Of a DNA stretch of 62,864 nucleotides, positions 24,037-37,848 are shown piece after piece. Each line of letters starts with the position of its first letter. The stretch's first letter is position 1. The stretch spans positions 4,696,504-4,759,367 of the forward strand of contig NC_057756.1 of the NCBI RefSeq assembly GCF_004010195.1, read 5' to 3'. The notes under the pieces are model-generated. The model was not told where the DNA came from, did no database searches, and saw nothing but the letters and a program-made list of their open reading frames with translations. This DNA comes from Chiloscyllium plagiosum. Lineage: Eukaryota. A program made the position numbers and the translations under genes.

Positions 24037-25880
24037 TTTGTCAGAGTATTGAGTACTGGAGTTGGAAGGTCATCTTGCGACTGTACAGGACATTGGTTAG
24101 GCCACTGTTGATATATTGTGTGTAATTCTGGTCTCCTTCCTATCGGAAAGGTGTTGTGAAACTTGAAAGGGTTCAGAAAAGATTTACAAGGATGTTGCCA
24201 GGGTTGAAGGATTTGAGCTATAGGGAGAGGCTGAACAGGCTGGGGCTGTTTTCCCTGGAGCGTCGGAGGCTGAGGGGTGATCTTATGGGGGTTTACAAAA
24301 TTAATAGGGGCATGGATAGGGTAAACAGGCAAAGTCTTTTCCCTGGGTTCGGTGAGTCCAGAACTAGAGGGCATAGGTTTAGGGAGGGAGGGGAAAGATA
24401 TTAAAGAGACCTAAGGGGCAACTCTTTATACAGAGGGTGGTATGGGTATGGAATGAGTTGCCAGGGGAAGTGGTGGAGGCTGGTATAACTGCAAAATTTA
24501 AGAGGTATTTGGATGGGTACATGAATATGAAGGGTTTGGAGGGATATGGGCCGTGTGCTAGCAGGCGGGACTAGATTTGGTTGGGATATCTAGTTGGCAT
24601 GGACGGGTTGGACCGAAGGGTCTGTTTTCATGCTATATATCTCTAAGACTCTAAGTGACCAGGAAGGTTGACGTGGGCAGGCAGGTATACATAGTCTATA
24701 TTGATTTCAGTAAGGCCTTTCATAGAGTTCCACATGAGAGGATTCTTTGGAAGGTTCGATCACATGAAATCCAGGGAGACCTGTCAAATTGTATGTAAAA
24801 TTGTCTTGATGGTAGGAAGCAGACGGTAATAGTGGAAGTATGTTTGTCGGGCTGGAAGCCTGTGACGAGTGGAGCACCTCAAGGTTTTGTGTTGAGCCCA
24901 TTACTGTTTGTTATCTAACTCAATAATTTGATGAGAATGGACAAGGAATGATTAGTAAGTTTGCTGAAGGCACTAAATTAGGCAGTATTGTGGACTGTGT
25001 TTTCAGTAATGCAGCAGAACCATGATCAGCTGGGGAAGAGGGCTGAGACATGGCAAATACAGTTAAATATAGATGAGTGTGAGGAATTGCATTTTGGAAA
25101 GTCAAATCCAGTAGGAGTTTCATGGTGAATGGTAGAGCGTTAAGGATTATAGTGGAACAAAAGGATCTTGGATTTCAGGCTCACATTTCTCTGAAGGTGG
25201 AGTCACAGGTAGACTGGGTAGTGAAGAAAAGTTTTGGCACACTGGCCTTCACCAGTCAGAGCACTGAGTAGAGAAGTTGGGAAGTTATGTTGCAGTTTCA
25301 CAGGGCATTTGAGAGGCTGTACTTGGAGTATTATGTTCAGTTTTGTTCACCTTGCTTTAGGATGGATGTTATTCAACTAGAAACAGTGCCAAAGAAATTT
25401 ACAAGGATGTTGCCTGAACTGAAGGATCTGCGTTAAAGGAAAAATTTGAGAAAGCTGGGGCTTATTTATTCTTTAACGTGTAGGAGACTGAGGAGGGACC
25501 TTGTAGGGGTACATAAAGTCGTGAGAGACATGAATAAGGTGAATGCACTCAGTCTTTTTCCCAGCGCTGGGAAATCGAGGACGAGACAGCATCACCCACT
25601 TTAAGGTTAGAAAGTAAAGAATAAAAGGGAACCTGAGTGGCAACTTTGTTTTTAAAGCAGTAAGTGGTACGCATATAGAATGAGCTGCCAGTGGAAGTGA
25701 TTGAGGTGGGTACATTAACAACATTTAAAAGACATTTGGGCAAATACATGGATAGGAAAATATTGGAAGGATATGGGCCAATTACAGGGAAATGTGTTAG
25801 CCTGGATGGGAATTTGGTCTGCATGGGCCAGTTTGGCCCAAAGGACCTGTCACCGTGCTTTAGGACTATATGACTCTCCG
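24037..25880 (+). mobile_element. Two consecutive CR1 3' portions (24037-24655 younger; 24656-25880 older)
   Basis: LERVQKRFTRMLPGL...RRRLRGDL and LTTFKRHLGKYM ORF2 C-termini, each followed by a 3' UTR and short tail. Confidence 0.9.
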
Positions 25881-26438
25881 ATTCTATTGAGCATTTTAAC
25901 TGATTAACCACCCGAGTACACCCACAAACATGAAACACGTTTTTTTTTGTTTTATGTACAGCAAATGTCGTATATTATGGACTATGTGGAACAACTGCCC
26001 TCCTCCTTTGGTATAAAGGATTATATCGCTCTATTGACTTATGTTGTGGTAATGGAAAGACAATGCAATACAGAAGAATGGACTGACAATTGTTAAATAG
26101 ATAGCAAATCGATGAAAAACATGCCCATGGTTGACAATAATGTCGCAAAACGCTTGCAATACCTATGAGGTCATCAACAAATAGGAAATGGAGACAATTT
26201 GAGCTCTAAATAGAAACACTGAAACATGGAAATGCCATGAGTCCAAGAATATTTGACAGTTAAACAGGAATATGTGATAGGTAGAAACAGCCTGAAGTAG
26301 ATGAATAGGTAATTTGGAAATAAGATGAAGAAATAGTGTCCCTTGCCCATATCTTATATGTAACGTCCTAGCCACTGCCATGACTGCCCGTGTTGACTTG
26401 CTGTACAGGTCAAACAGAGTTGTCGGCATAAATTTATG

Positions 26439-26657
26439 ATGATTTGGAGATGCCGGTGTTGGACTGGGGTGTACAAATTTAAAAATTACACAACACCAGG
26501 TTATAGTCCAACAGGTTTAATAGGAAGCACACTAGATTTCGGAGCGACGCTCCTTCATCAGGACACAATCACCTGATGAAGGATCGTTACTCCAAAAGCT
26601 AGTGTGCTTCCAATTAAAACTGTTGACTATAACCTGGTGTTGTGTGATTTTTAACTT
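26439..26657. mobile_element. PLE family A short hairpin element
   Basis: ~35-nt tail, then inverted arms (~26477-26562 / 26572-26657), each with a hammerhead-like CTGATGA...GAAA remnant. Confidence 0.85.
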
Positions 26658-26850
26658 ATTCTTATGATGTAATGCCCTAGGAGTCCTCAGTTGACTGTGG
26701 ATTCCACGAAGTCTCAGAACAAACGTGGGCAAGGAAACCTCTTTCTGATTACAACCTACCACCCACCGTTGGCTGACAAATCAGTAATCCTTAATGTTGA
26801 ACAACTCTTCAAGAAAGAACCGAGGGTAGTGAAGATGTAGAAAGTGTTCT

Positions 26851-27220
26851 ATGATTCGTATGTGCTGGTGATGGACTGACGTGGATAAAGTCAAAAATCA
26901 CACGTCAACAGATTATAGTCCAACAGGTTTGATTGAAAGCACAAGCTTTTGGAACCTCGCTCCTTCTTCAGGTGCTGGTGAGGGGGGATATATTGGACAC
27001 AGGATTTATAAGTAAAAGATGAAAGGTTCATATAACTGATGAAAATGTATTGAGCACAGATAGATGGCTGTTAAACCTTTATCTGTTAGAATGGAGATGC
27101 AGGTTTCGCTTGGTTAATATGTAGCTCGCAGAATTTCTTTCCGTTCACTGCTCCGAGATAACTTAGGTTTTATCATTATAAAAGGGATGACATCTCAAGT
27201 CAGACAATTCATTTTAGGTG
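26851..27220 (-). mobile_element. Older PLE-A-related pLTR fragment
   Basis: Diverged homolog of 8461-8760. Confidence 0.7.
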
Positions 27221-29107
27221 TGATTAGTTTGGACACATGACCAGAACGGTTGGGACTTGTACCTAGACCAGGCCCAGATGTAAGGCTGTTATGACTGCAC
27301 AATAATACTCTCCAACTTGGATATATTTGAATGAATTTCTCAGTGCGTTGATTATGCGGGTTCCTTACAGATGGAGGAGAAATGCAGCTGAACGAGGAAA
27401 CCTCTTTACATTTCGTTGAACTAATGCAGCCAAATTGATATAAATGTTATTGCAGCATTATCTAAGTTATTCACTTATTTCACTTTAGTTGTCCTTTTCA
27501 GCGACAACTACAAAAAGCTATCAGCCAAATAAATTGGAAATAGTTCCACCTTTTATCACGTTGACTTAACTTCATTTTACCAATCAAAGCCATTGTTTTA
27601 AACAGTCAAAGTTTAGGGGGGGAAACAGCCTAATTCTCATTCCCTGGATATCAAAATCCCCTAGTGATGGATTCTGGCAAACGTAGATAATAATTGATTG
27701 TTTTTATTGATTGCAATTCCTCCCAATGAAGTCGTTGACACTCACAAATCTGTTCTCACTTTATACATCAACTACCAATATTGATGTATATTTAACCATT
27801 CCCTTGATCACTGCAGAAGAGATGAGCAGTGATATACCTACCCTGTTCCACAAAATATTGTGAAATTTAAACACATGCTACAAAGTTTCAAGATAATTTG
27901 GAAAAAGAGTTCTGTACATGTGAATCCAAGGACGGATCTCAGGAAGTAAAGAGTATAGAATTAGATACAATATGTACAGAAACAGTTTAATTTTTATGTT
28001 TTCCATAATTTTGCGGCATTTCCTTTCATCACAACTTAATTGACAAATGCAGTGATCCAATTGGCCTTGAAAATAGCATGTGCCATCTACGTTCTATGCA
28101 TTTGTTATTTTAGGAAATTTCTCCAAGCTGCTCTTTCATTTGAGCATTGAGATTACGATTAGTGTTTTATTTCGAGATGAAAGCAGGTTTTCGGCTATGG
28201 GATCGCTGCAATGCCTCTGACAAGTCATCTCAAACCTGTTCAGCAACAATCGGAAAGATTTGATGCTCTAAGTTCTCCGCATGAAAGTCTGTCAGCAACG
28301 TTTGGGAGCATGCTGCCAGGTAAACAGTCAGACATTTTCAATGAGCTCCTCCGCCATGACGAACGTCATTTATGACAACGGTTCACGTAGTACAGCAGGT
28401 GGTCTTTGAAGAGCAAGAGCCCAAAAAAAACTGGCAAGGTGAGTAATGAGAGTACGTCTTGAAGGAAAATGCACCCCATGTGGCTTTCCAAAGTGGTTCT
28501 ATAGTGGGTCCTTGTCCATTGCAGGATAAAAATTGGCAAGGTTTACTTTATTTACTAAGTTTAGCACAATGACTGTGGCATGCAGTGGAATGTAAGAGGA
28601 CGAACGACATGAAAAGGTGACCAATTCATTCGAGCCATTACTTGTTTCATTACTCAACAATGCCATTGTTGATGTGTTACTTCATGGTTTCTTGATGTTT
28701 TATTTCCAGATTTTTCTTTGACTATTTTTTGGTAGCAACGATCTTTTAATCTTACTGCTAAAATATTAGTGTATAATATAAGGAATCACTGAATGTTTGA
28801 AGAGTAAAAGTCCATTCAGCATCTTGGGCCAATGCCTCGAGATGGCTTTGCCCTGTAGCCATCAGAGTGTCATCCCTCAGTTCGTTATATATCTCTGTTT
28901 TCACACTCATAACTAATACTGCATCTGAAATTGTCTCAGGTATTACATACCAACACCACTTAGAACATTTGCTGCTGGGTTGCCTTTTTTGTCAAATTCC
29001 ATAAATTAATGCCTGCATTCCTTCAATTCTCTCTTCAACAGCAGGCCCTGCTTCATAACTCGTACATCCCCCATCATTGTGAATCATTGACCAGGACAAA
29101 AATAAAC

Positions 29108-29812
29108 AGAGTAATAGAGTGCAGGAACAGGCCATTAGGTATTCCAAGCCTGTGCCCAGACATTTTACCTTTCTATACTGAAACTGTTTTCACTTGCACG
29201 ATCCTTAGCCCTCTCTTCCCTTCCGATTTTTCTCTTCATCCAGGTGCTTCTTGAATGTTGCTATTGTGCCTGCTTCCACCACTTCCTTTGGCAGCGCATT
29301 GCAGGTGTTCAGCATCTTTTATGTGAAAGACGTGCCTTGCACATCTCTTTTCAATATCCCCGCCCGCACCAGGCCCCCGCAATTGAAATCTGTGTCACTT
29401 AGTAATTGACCCCTCCACACTGGGAAAAGCCTGTTCACCCAATACATGCCATTCATAATCTGATAAAATTCTATCAGATCGCCCCTCAACCTTCAGCATT
29501 TCAGTGAAAGCAAACCCAGATTCTCGAACTTTTCTTCATAGCTAAAATCCCACATACCAGGCACCATCCAGGTAACCCATTTCTGTTCCCTCTCCATAAT
29601 CTCCACACATTTCTCGTAGTGTGCTGACCAAACCGGTGTGCAATACTTCAAGTTTGGCCCAACTAAAGTTCAACAAAACTGCACAATAACTTGCCTATCC
29701 TTATACTCAATGTTCCTTCCAATGAAGGTAAGCATGCCATAGGCCTTTTTTTTTACTACCTAAGCTACCTCCGCTCCACCTTCAGTGATCTATTGGCTTG
29801 CACATTCAGATC
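29108..29812 (-). mobile_element. Decayed CR1 3' portion
   Basis: Reverse-oriented ORF2 C-terminus and 3' UTR. Confidence 0.75.
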
Positions 29813-30973
29813 CCAGACCGCAGGAAATAGAGTTAGTTATCGAATTATCAGTGTACTCTGCATATCGAGCAGCATGAAGAATGGTGTCGTCAGGAATGTT
29901 TACAAACAGTTCTTAGCAAACTGTATCCAGTTCACGGATGTGTAAGTTATGTTCCACCCGTGACAATCAAGAGCTGATGTCATTGCACTTTGGGCAACCA
30001 TGGGGGAAGTGTTCTTTCCTCAAGGAAAAAGAAAACTCTAGTTTCAAACCTCTGCTGCCTTCCGGTCAGACCTACACATGGAGAAAGGCTTCAGGAGTAA
30101 ACGTAGAGGAAAAGTCCAGAACCTTGGTCCTGAAGGCAGTTTGTTGTTATCTACAACTTCGTTCTGACAGCGCCTCTGATGGCGCTGGTACCAAAATGTA
30201 ACAGCTTTGCTCTTCCTTTGGATTAGTCAGTGTCATGGAGAGCGGGAACGTGTTTCATCGACAACAGCTTGTTCCTCATACCACACCTCTTGGTTTGCAT
30301 CCTACCACCACGGCACCTGGAGAGGACATTCCGGTTTCGCCCGCAGTGTCAACGCAATAAGAGGGTTTGGGATGGGGGGGGGGGGGGGCAGCAGATACCA
30401 GAAAAAGTGCTCTGAATACAAGAGTAGACGTTTGTCCTACTTCCCTTGGCAAAAAAAAACACAGTTTTGAGATGATTCAGTACGAACAAGCTGGAGTAAG
30501 AAGTGAAAAACAATTTGTGTTATTGGGAATCGGCAGAAGATGTCCTATTGATTGGAGTTGTAACTGACTCGCCTTAAGATTGTTTTGATTGGGGGAGGGG
30601 TTTAACGGTATTACTCCCTGGATATCCCTACAGCAATTTATCAGTGCACTATCCAAAGTACAACACATTCAGCTGTTTCTGCAGCTCATCTTGTACACAC
30701 ATAAATCCTGGAGGTTAACATTGGCTTGAATCTGAACTGGAGAATCAATATAAATCTCAATGCAGCATGAATTGTGAAAGCGAATAAAGCTCAAAGATCA
30801 GGAAGCCGGATATCTTTGCTCCATGGGCATTACGTTAATGCAAACAGGAAAGTAAATCAATGATAAACAAGGATTGGATATATTATGTACATCGAAGTTC
30901 TGTGCGAGTTAAATTCGGCTGAGGAACTCGTCTGTCTGTTTGTCATCCACTCCACAACCAGTCAGCTCCCTTT

Positions 30974-31740
30974 TGTGACGATGCCGTCCCTTTAAGAGAT
31001 TATTTTGTCTTTGTTTTTAAAAAAGAGAGGTTGTGAGGTAGATGTGGCGAGATGTCTCCAAGAAATTAAACGATTTGTGAGACCATGTCTATTTTTAAGT
31101 TGTATAAGTGGAAGCAGCCTGGGTATGTTCAGTTTTCACAGGCCAGGCTTCTTGTGGGGTTCTTTTTCTTAGTTTTTCGGTTTTATTTTAAGGGGTCTCA
31201 AAAGATTTGGAAGCCTCATTGAATGCCATCTAGTTGCCGTTCACTCGTATTTTTTTTATTCTTCCTGGATAGGAGACCTGCATGTGAGAATCTGTGTCCA
31301 AATGTGCCTTTTTGGCCAAAGAATGTGTTTATGATCTATCACTATATTGGACCAGTTAATTTTTAATATGTTCTCTACCTATTATTCCCTTAAGGTTTCC
31401 AATACTTACGTTATTCTAAATTCATCTTTCTTTTGTTTATATTTTAACTACACTGTTTAAATAAATTGTGTTTCACTTAACATCGATTAGTTTGATCATT
31501 CACATTGCATCAGGAATACAGCACTTCACGTCCACTTTTAAAATAAAAACAAGCAGCAATAGTTCGAGATTTTAAATTGCGATAAAAGCCACTGGAGTCT
31601 TGGGAAATGATTAAAATACGATTAAAAATGAAGCAGCTTGAACATGAATTGGAAATGAAATGGGCTTGAATTATGATTAAATGCAGAGAAAAAGTGAAAG
31701 AGAGAGAAAATTCAGACTTCACTATTAATAAAAGGAAACG
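30974..31740 (+). mobile_element. Truncated Gmr1-family LTR plus gag fragment
   Basis: Starts TGTGACGATG..CCTTTAAG like the LTRs at 6286 and 16404; 31590-31740 resembles the gag coiled-coil region at ~5270-5480. Confidence 0.65.
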
Positions 31741-32002
31741 AATAATTGGTAGACATATTGAATATTTTGAATCAATGCTCGCTATTTAGGATCTTCTGGC
31801 TGTTTCCACTAAGAACTGTTGGCAACTGGGAATCAGAGCAGCGCAATCAGGTTATTTGTGCAATGAAGTGGAACTAATATGTGTACGTCTGTTATCTAAT
31901 TTTGTGTTAGGCAGTGGGTGGTGGCCTTGTTGGTTCAACTATATTAACTCTACCACCAAGTAGTTGTAAAGGCAACTGAGACATAACATCTTCTGCAAGG
32001 CA

Positions 32003-32072
32003 ATGCATGAGCCAGCAAGTGGTCTCGTATATGCAATTTACTATCCACTACTTGCAGCTATTGGAGTCCCTG
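32003..32072 (+). CDS. GPR139/GPR142-like class A GPCR, paralog A, coding exon 1
   Basis: ATG...MHEPASGLVYAIYYPLLAAIGVP plus G, then GTAAGT donor. The phase-1 join gives GVP-V-NLVAI (TM1). Confidence 0.9.
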
Positions 32073-32329
32073 GTAAGTCTTGCCCTGTATGGTGTAAAAG
32101 GCTACTTACAATATTTTAATACTTTTTTTGAATAATATGTAACTTAACTTGTCAGGCGAAGGACGTGTTTTCTTTAAAAGTCACATAGTCTGAAGATTAA
32201 ACATCATGTTTACATTTCTGAATTTTAACTCATATTAACAATATAATGTTAAATAATTCATATAATTAATTCATAACTTCTTCATCTCCTGTAGACTATA
32301 CAATTATTTTTTTTTCAGACATTTTTTGT

Positions 32330-33310
32330 TCGTTTCAACTAATCAAGATGAACCTGAACCGTTCAACAGAAGAAAACATATAGAATTTTTTAAGGGGCTT
32401 GATCGGATCGATTCAGAAGGTTGTTTCCCTTTATGGGAGAAATTAGGGCCATAGCATATAATATAATAATAAATGCTGAAAACGTATGGCATAGGTTGAG
32501 ACGAATTTCTTCCACAGATGGTTGAGGACCTCTGAATTCCTTATCATGGACGCATGTAGAGTTTGAGTTTTTAACTGCATTCAAGGATGTAATAGACCAT
32601 GAGAGTATCAGGAATTATGGGGAAAAGGCAAGGAAGTGGTTTTGAGGAATAACATCAAGTGTAACCTCGTTGAATGGCAAAATATACTGAATAACCTTCT
32701 TTTATTCCTACATCTTAAGTCCATAAAGTCAGAGAATATCTAAAGCATGAAAAGAGGAAATTTGCTCCATCATGCCCAAGCTAGTCACCAAATATCTGTC
32801 TATTCCAATCTCTGCTTCCTGCCACTAATCCAATTTTGGGATCAATTTGCCATGTTGTCTTGTGCTCCCTGGGGTCTTAACTTCTTAAACGATAAGAGAC
32901 CTTGTCAAAACACTTAGTGAAGCACCTGTGGACCACATCACAGTTACACACCTAATCACAACGTCAAACAATTTAATACAATGTGTTGAACATGATATTC
33001 GTGTTAAAAATATACTGTTGGTTATTCATTAACGTCCGCCTCTCCATTGGAGATACATTCCTCTTCTTCATAAAAATCGGTCCAATAACTTCCCGGCCAC
33101 TGATGAGAGACTGGCTGCTCTGTGATTCTCTGGTGTATCCCTACTACCCATGTTGAAAAGTGAAACCATATTAGCTGTTCTCCCGCACTTCCACTGAGAC
33201 AAAGGGGAATGGAAAAAGAACAGTCAGAACACTTGCAATTTCATTCCTCACCTACCCGAGCGACATCAGATCCAATTCATTTTGATATAGGGATTCGTCC
33301 ACATTGTCAA
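32330..33310. mobile_element. Old CR1 fragments in the GPCR-A intron (+ then -)
   Basis: Degenerate CR1 3' end on + (~32330-32720) and RT fragments on - (~32730-33310). Confidence 0.6.
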
Positions 33311-33931
33311 AATCTTCGAAACCCTTTCACATTCAATGTCAATCTCTGATAGTGATAAGAGGTGGTTTTGGTAGTTTCTTTGCCCCCACCATTTCCGTAC
33401 TGCCTGTTTTCTTTTGAATTTTATTTAAAAGCAATACCATTCCACCTTACTTGGGATTTTGAATTTTAACTTCATCACTTTGCTGATGTGTTCTTTTAAA
33501 ATTTGGGTTAAATGCGTTCGAAATTTAATATTTCATTTCGGTGTTAAGCTGCTTTTTCTTTGGCTGATGCTACTTTGAAATACAGTGTTAAAGTAAGAAA
33601 GGTTATGTAAATTATTTTTAAAAATTGACGCCCCAGGTTAAAACTGCAAACGTAGTCTTACTCAAATTGGCTTAATTGTGGGATCTACTATTTAACGTGC
33701 CTGGATTTATGCAACAGTATAAAAGAAAAAGTAACATTAATCTAAATTGTTTCTGATTTTGATTACACCAATTGTAATGGAGAGACGTATAAGCCAGCTA
33801 ATTGTCAGCATTTTGTGTGAACACAAAAAGTAAAGACCTGACTCAATTCCTGAATTTGCTATTTTTCCAAACGAACTGAGTAGTTTCGTTAAGTGTATCA
33901 ATACCGTTTTTGCTTCTTCTTTTCTCTGCAG

Positions 33932-34848
33932 TTAATCTCGTAGCGATAATGATTCTAGCCAGGGGAAAGTGTGGCCTCTCCCAATGCATCACTTACTATC
34001 TCGTCGCCATGGCAGTAGCGGATCTGTTGGTTGTCATCACTGCTGTCATAATCAACCGGATCATTGACATGTACTTTCCAGGAAATTACTTGCTGCTTAC
34101 CCCAGCATGCCGCACAAAAACTGCCCTCGCCAATGCAACTGGTGACTTTTCTGTGTGGCTAACAGTGGCATTCACCTTTGATCGATTTTTAGCCATTTGT
34201 TGCCCGAAACTGCGAAACAAATATTGCACAAGGACAACAGCAACAGCAATAATAAGCATGGTCCTCATTCTCAGCTGCTTGAAAAACATCCCCTGGTACT
34301 TTGTTTATGACCCTTTGTACATCAGTGATGGACTTCCCTGGTATTGCCGGATGAGAGCAGTCTTTTATACTTCACCTTTTTGGCTAGCGTTTTCTTATTT
34401 CAGTTGCATAGCAACCCCCTTCCTGCCATTTTTCATCATTTTGCTGCTCAATGCTCTCACTGTGAGATATATCTTGGTGGCCAGCAAAGCCCGCCGAGCA
34501 TTGAGAGGCAACAATAACTCTGAAAAAAATCCAGATCCTGAAATGGAGAACAGGAAGAAATCAATAATATTACTTTTTACTATATCCGCTAATTTTATAT
34601 TGTTATGGCTTATTTATACGATCCATTACATGTATTATCGTATAACTAATACCTATTCATACAGTGGTTATGATGACCCTGTTTATATATTTCAAGAGGC
34701 TGGATTTATGCTTTTACTTTTGAGTTGTTGCACCAACACGTTTATTTATGCAGTGACTCAGACAAAATTCAGAGAAGAGTTAAAGAAACTGGTGACATAT
34801 CCATTCATTGCGATTATTCATGTCTTTTTAGGCAGGCAAAACAATTAG
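33932..34848 (+). CDS. GPR139/GPR142-like class A GPCR, paralog A, coding exon 2 (intact, 328 aa in total)
   Basis: Polypyrimidine-CTGCAG acceptor; 7TM pattern: YLVAMAVADL (TM2), VAFTFDRFLAIC (TM3), PFLPF (TM5), SANFILLW (TM6), SCCTNTFIY (TM7). Confidence 0.93.
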
Positions 34849-35029
34849 AGACTTGGGTAGTACTATTGACAATACGAGGTAAAACAAAGTAAAGACACAC
34901 ATAGGCTACGGAAGCAATCGAAACTGCTTTGCTATAGAACAAAGTAATGCTTAATATTCTATCACAACATCACTTTTCTTGCCCACGTCTCATTCCACTT
35001 CTGCACAATTTGTCCTGAAAGAAAGGCCC

Positions 35030-35500
35030 ATTTCTTCTTGAACTCATTAGAATTTTATTTGCAGAAATACATCTCCACAGGACAAAATAATGTTTCAACT
35101 GCAAGTGAGGAAAGCGCTGATTGGTGAGCAGCTGCAATCTGTTTGGTTAAGGAATTGGCATTGCAACTGTACAAATGAATGCTGATTGACAGTTAGTAGA
35201 CAGGTTTTGATAAAATTGTAAATACTCGTATTGACTTTAATTGGTCAGACCATTAGGAATGAACGAGGGAATATAAGTAACATACATTATTCGCTTGAAA
35301 TATGTGGATAATGTGTTTATGTTCCATTTATCTGGAAATAACGGGGACCTATACGCAAAGCTGCACCACGTGGCGAAACCAGTGCAAATTGTAAGTATAA
35401 TTGACAACCGTAAATTGTTTCTGAGAATACTTCCTCACATAATTAAAATTATCCAGTAAATGTTGTCCAATTGTGGAATCACCTCAAACGTTAGACACTG
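35030..35500 (-). mobile_element. Old PLE 3' end
   Basis: Minus strand encodes DSTIGQHLLDN (GIY-YIG C-terminal motif), followed by a pLTR-like segment related to 22680-22830. Confidence 0.55.
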
Positions 35501-37059
35501 TGATGCAAGTTTTTCAATGCAGAAGAGTTAGGTACGGTCATTACCTGAGTTATTGTGAACAGTTGGATTGTACAGTTTTTTACATGATGCCCTGGTCTAC
35601 ATATTTGACATCTCCCTCCCAATGAAATTATTTTGACACATCTCACTGTTTAGATCAGAAACCACGTTCAGTTGACAGTACTGTATTGTTCCTGACAAAC
35701 ACCTTTTGTGTTGTTAATGCATATTAGCAGCGGGAAACCGTTGACTTTAATTGCAGCACATTTTTTTGTGGGGAGGGAGCGTATTATTAATCGAAACTCA
35801 AACAAACTCCTGCACTCATCATAATATTCTATGTACACTCATCCAGAGATGTCCTGCAATCACAGGTAACTTAATTCCTGAAATGTAGGTACCATCTTTG
35901 CAAACCTGCATTTAACTCATGTCGAACAACCAGAGATTAAATAATACAAAGAGCATTGTATCCACGGAGCAGGCATGTGACAGACTCACTAAAATGGCAA
36001 ATCACCTGAATATCTTCCATTGAGCCAGGTATTTTCGTTGTTTGAGTGCAAATAACAAATTCTATTCAGACTGAGAATGTCACAAAGATATAAGCCACTG
36101 GGAATCAGTATTCAACTGTCATGCTTGCAGAGAATGCTTATATGGTTTTCTTAGCAAACTGGCTGCAACCTTCAGAACATTAGACTGCCAGGAATGTGCC
36201 TACTCACTCAATAAACACAGATATCAGAAGAGGCTGCTTTTGGTCTTTCTTCAGATCATATTAGGTTAATTATTTAACAGACAATTTGCCATCATGATGA
36301 TTCGTCAAGATGATTTTGAGATGATTTTGGTCATATTTTACAAAGTGAACCTAAGAAATGAACCTAAGAAGGTGAATCCTTAAGAAGGGAAAGGTCGCTC
36401 GAGGGTTTGGGATAAATTCTTGGATTGCTTTGTTTTTTTGAAACAAACTGAGGAATGATCTGGTTTGTTATTTCTGTAATTTATCACCTCAGCAGGCCTT
36501 GGTTAAATTCATTATTTCCCTGACAAGCTTTTCTTTTCCTCTCAATTATGCATATTCTCTCAATGGTCGTTCAAAATATTGAGTGCAATTTATTGGAGCA
36601 GGAGAAAATTTACAAATATGGAGAAGCAGTTGGAACTATTCTTCAGTCTTACTTGATTTGCTGCAACTTGGGGTGATGATTTTTCTACTGAGACTGGTTG
36701 TGCCTTTGTACAGCTTACTACAAGTGAATTTTCAGTGTCGAAGACTTGGGTTTTGTGCTTCCATTGCGAATTAGTCAGCTTACAGATTTATTCCATGGGA
36801 GTAATTCTGTTGCTATTCAATAAGCTTAGGCCTGACCATCATACGTGAGCGAGCGAACTCTGTGATGATGATGTAACATCTACCATTGTGTAGTGGCATT
36901 GTTGTTTCCTGGGCATTCACAAGGTGGTCTTTCAGAGAGTTATATTATTTGAGTAACCAAGAACATTAAATAATTTCCACAATTGATGAAAAAAGAGCAT
37001 AAGTTCTGTAATAAAATAAGAAACGCCTTGTCTAATGTTAGTTCATTCCCAGTTAGATA

Positions 37060-37848
37060 AGTAATGAAACAACAAACATCAACTTACCTTAAAGGTGCGT
37101 TTTCTGCTTGAGTAGATTCACTAACGCTGAAGTGATCGGTGTTGAGGCCTCAATTATTCAAATATTTATTATCTACTTGAATAATCAAATAAAAAGTCAA
37201 AAATAAAAGTTTGCTGATAACACAATATTGAGCAGGGTTGTCAAGTGTGTTGATGACAGCATAAAATTACAACATTTTCTTTCGATTGGACTATTGGGCA
37301 AAGATGTGGTAGACGGATTTTAATATAATCACGTGCAGAAAAAGGAGAAATAATGGTGGTCTTTTTTTAACAATGATGTTAATTGTAGTCATTTCCAATG
37401 GGATTTGTGGGTTGACATATGTACCTCTTTAAGATGCGAGGAAAAGTTGCAGAAAAAAGTCTAGAAGGCTACTATAATGCTGGTCTTCATATCTAAATGG
37501 CTAGAGTAGAGTGATACAGAAGCTATGCTACTGTATGCTACTAAGCAAAATGTTAGTTAGGTCCATCGAGAGGGATGTGAGTAGATATGGGTACGAAACG
37601 TTGGAAAGCATGTATTGACCTAAGGTGAACTTCAATGCAGATTTGCAAACATGTTAACTGGATTTAGTTTAGTTAAGTTAAGGTATAAGGAGTTTTAGAC
37701 AAATTAGGCCTTTATTCTCGACAGTTTCGAAGGTTAAGGTGTAATCCAATCCAGGTCTTCAGGATATTAACAGGAAAAGACCGGGTAGATGATCATTAAC
37801 TATTTCTATCCGTTTAAGGCTTGAAAATCGGGGCCAAAATCTATGAAT
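37060..37848 (+). mobile_element. Old CR1 RT fragment split by Gmr1 copy 2 (continues 44062-44330)
   Basis: Degenerate KFAD region near 37207; the C-terminus (FCSQRVV..NSLP) and 3' UTR resume after 44061. Confidence 0.7.

Noticed and set aside
28180..28445. Possible exon ending in AAG/GTGAGT
   Set aside because: Good donor but no recognisable coding content or clear acceptor; cannot be supported without RNA data.
29817..30700. Cluster of short ORFs and a CAGCGCC-N6-GGCGCTG palindrome (CTCF-like) near 30168
   Set aside because: No frame resembles a known protein, and the motif is only a partial CTCF match.
33910..33931. ORF-track start (MLLLFSA) for the GPCR
   Set aside because: This is the intronic polypyrimidine tract; the real N-terminus is exon 1 at 32003.
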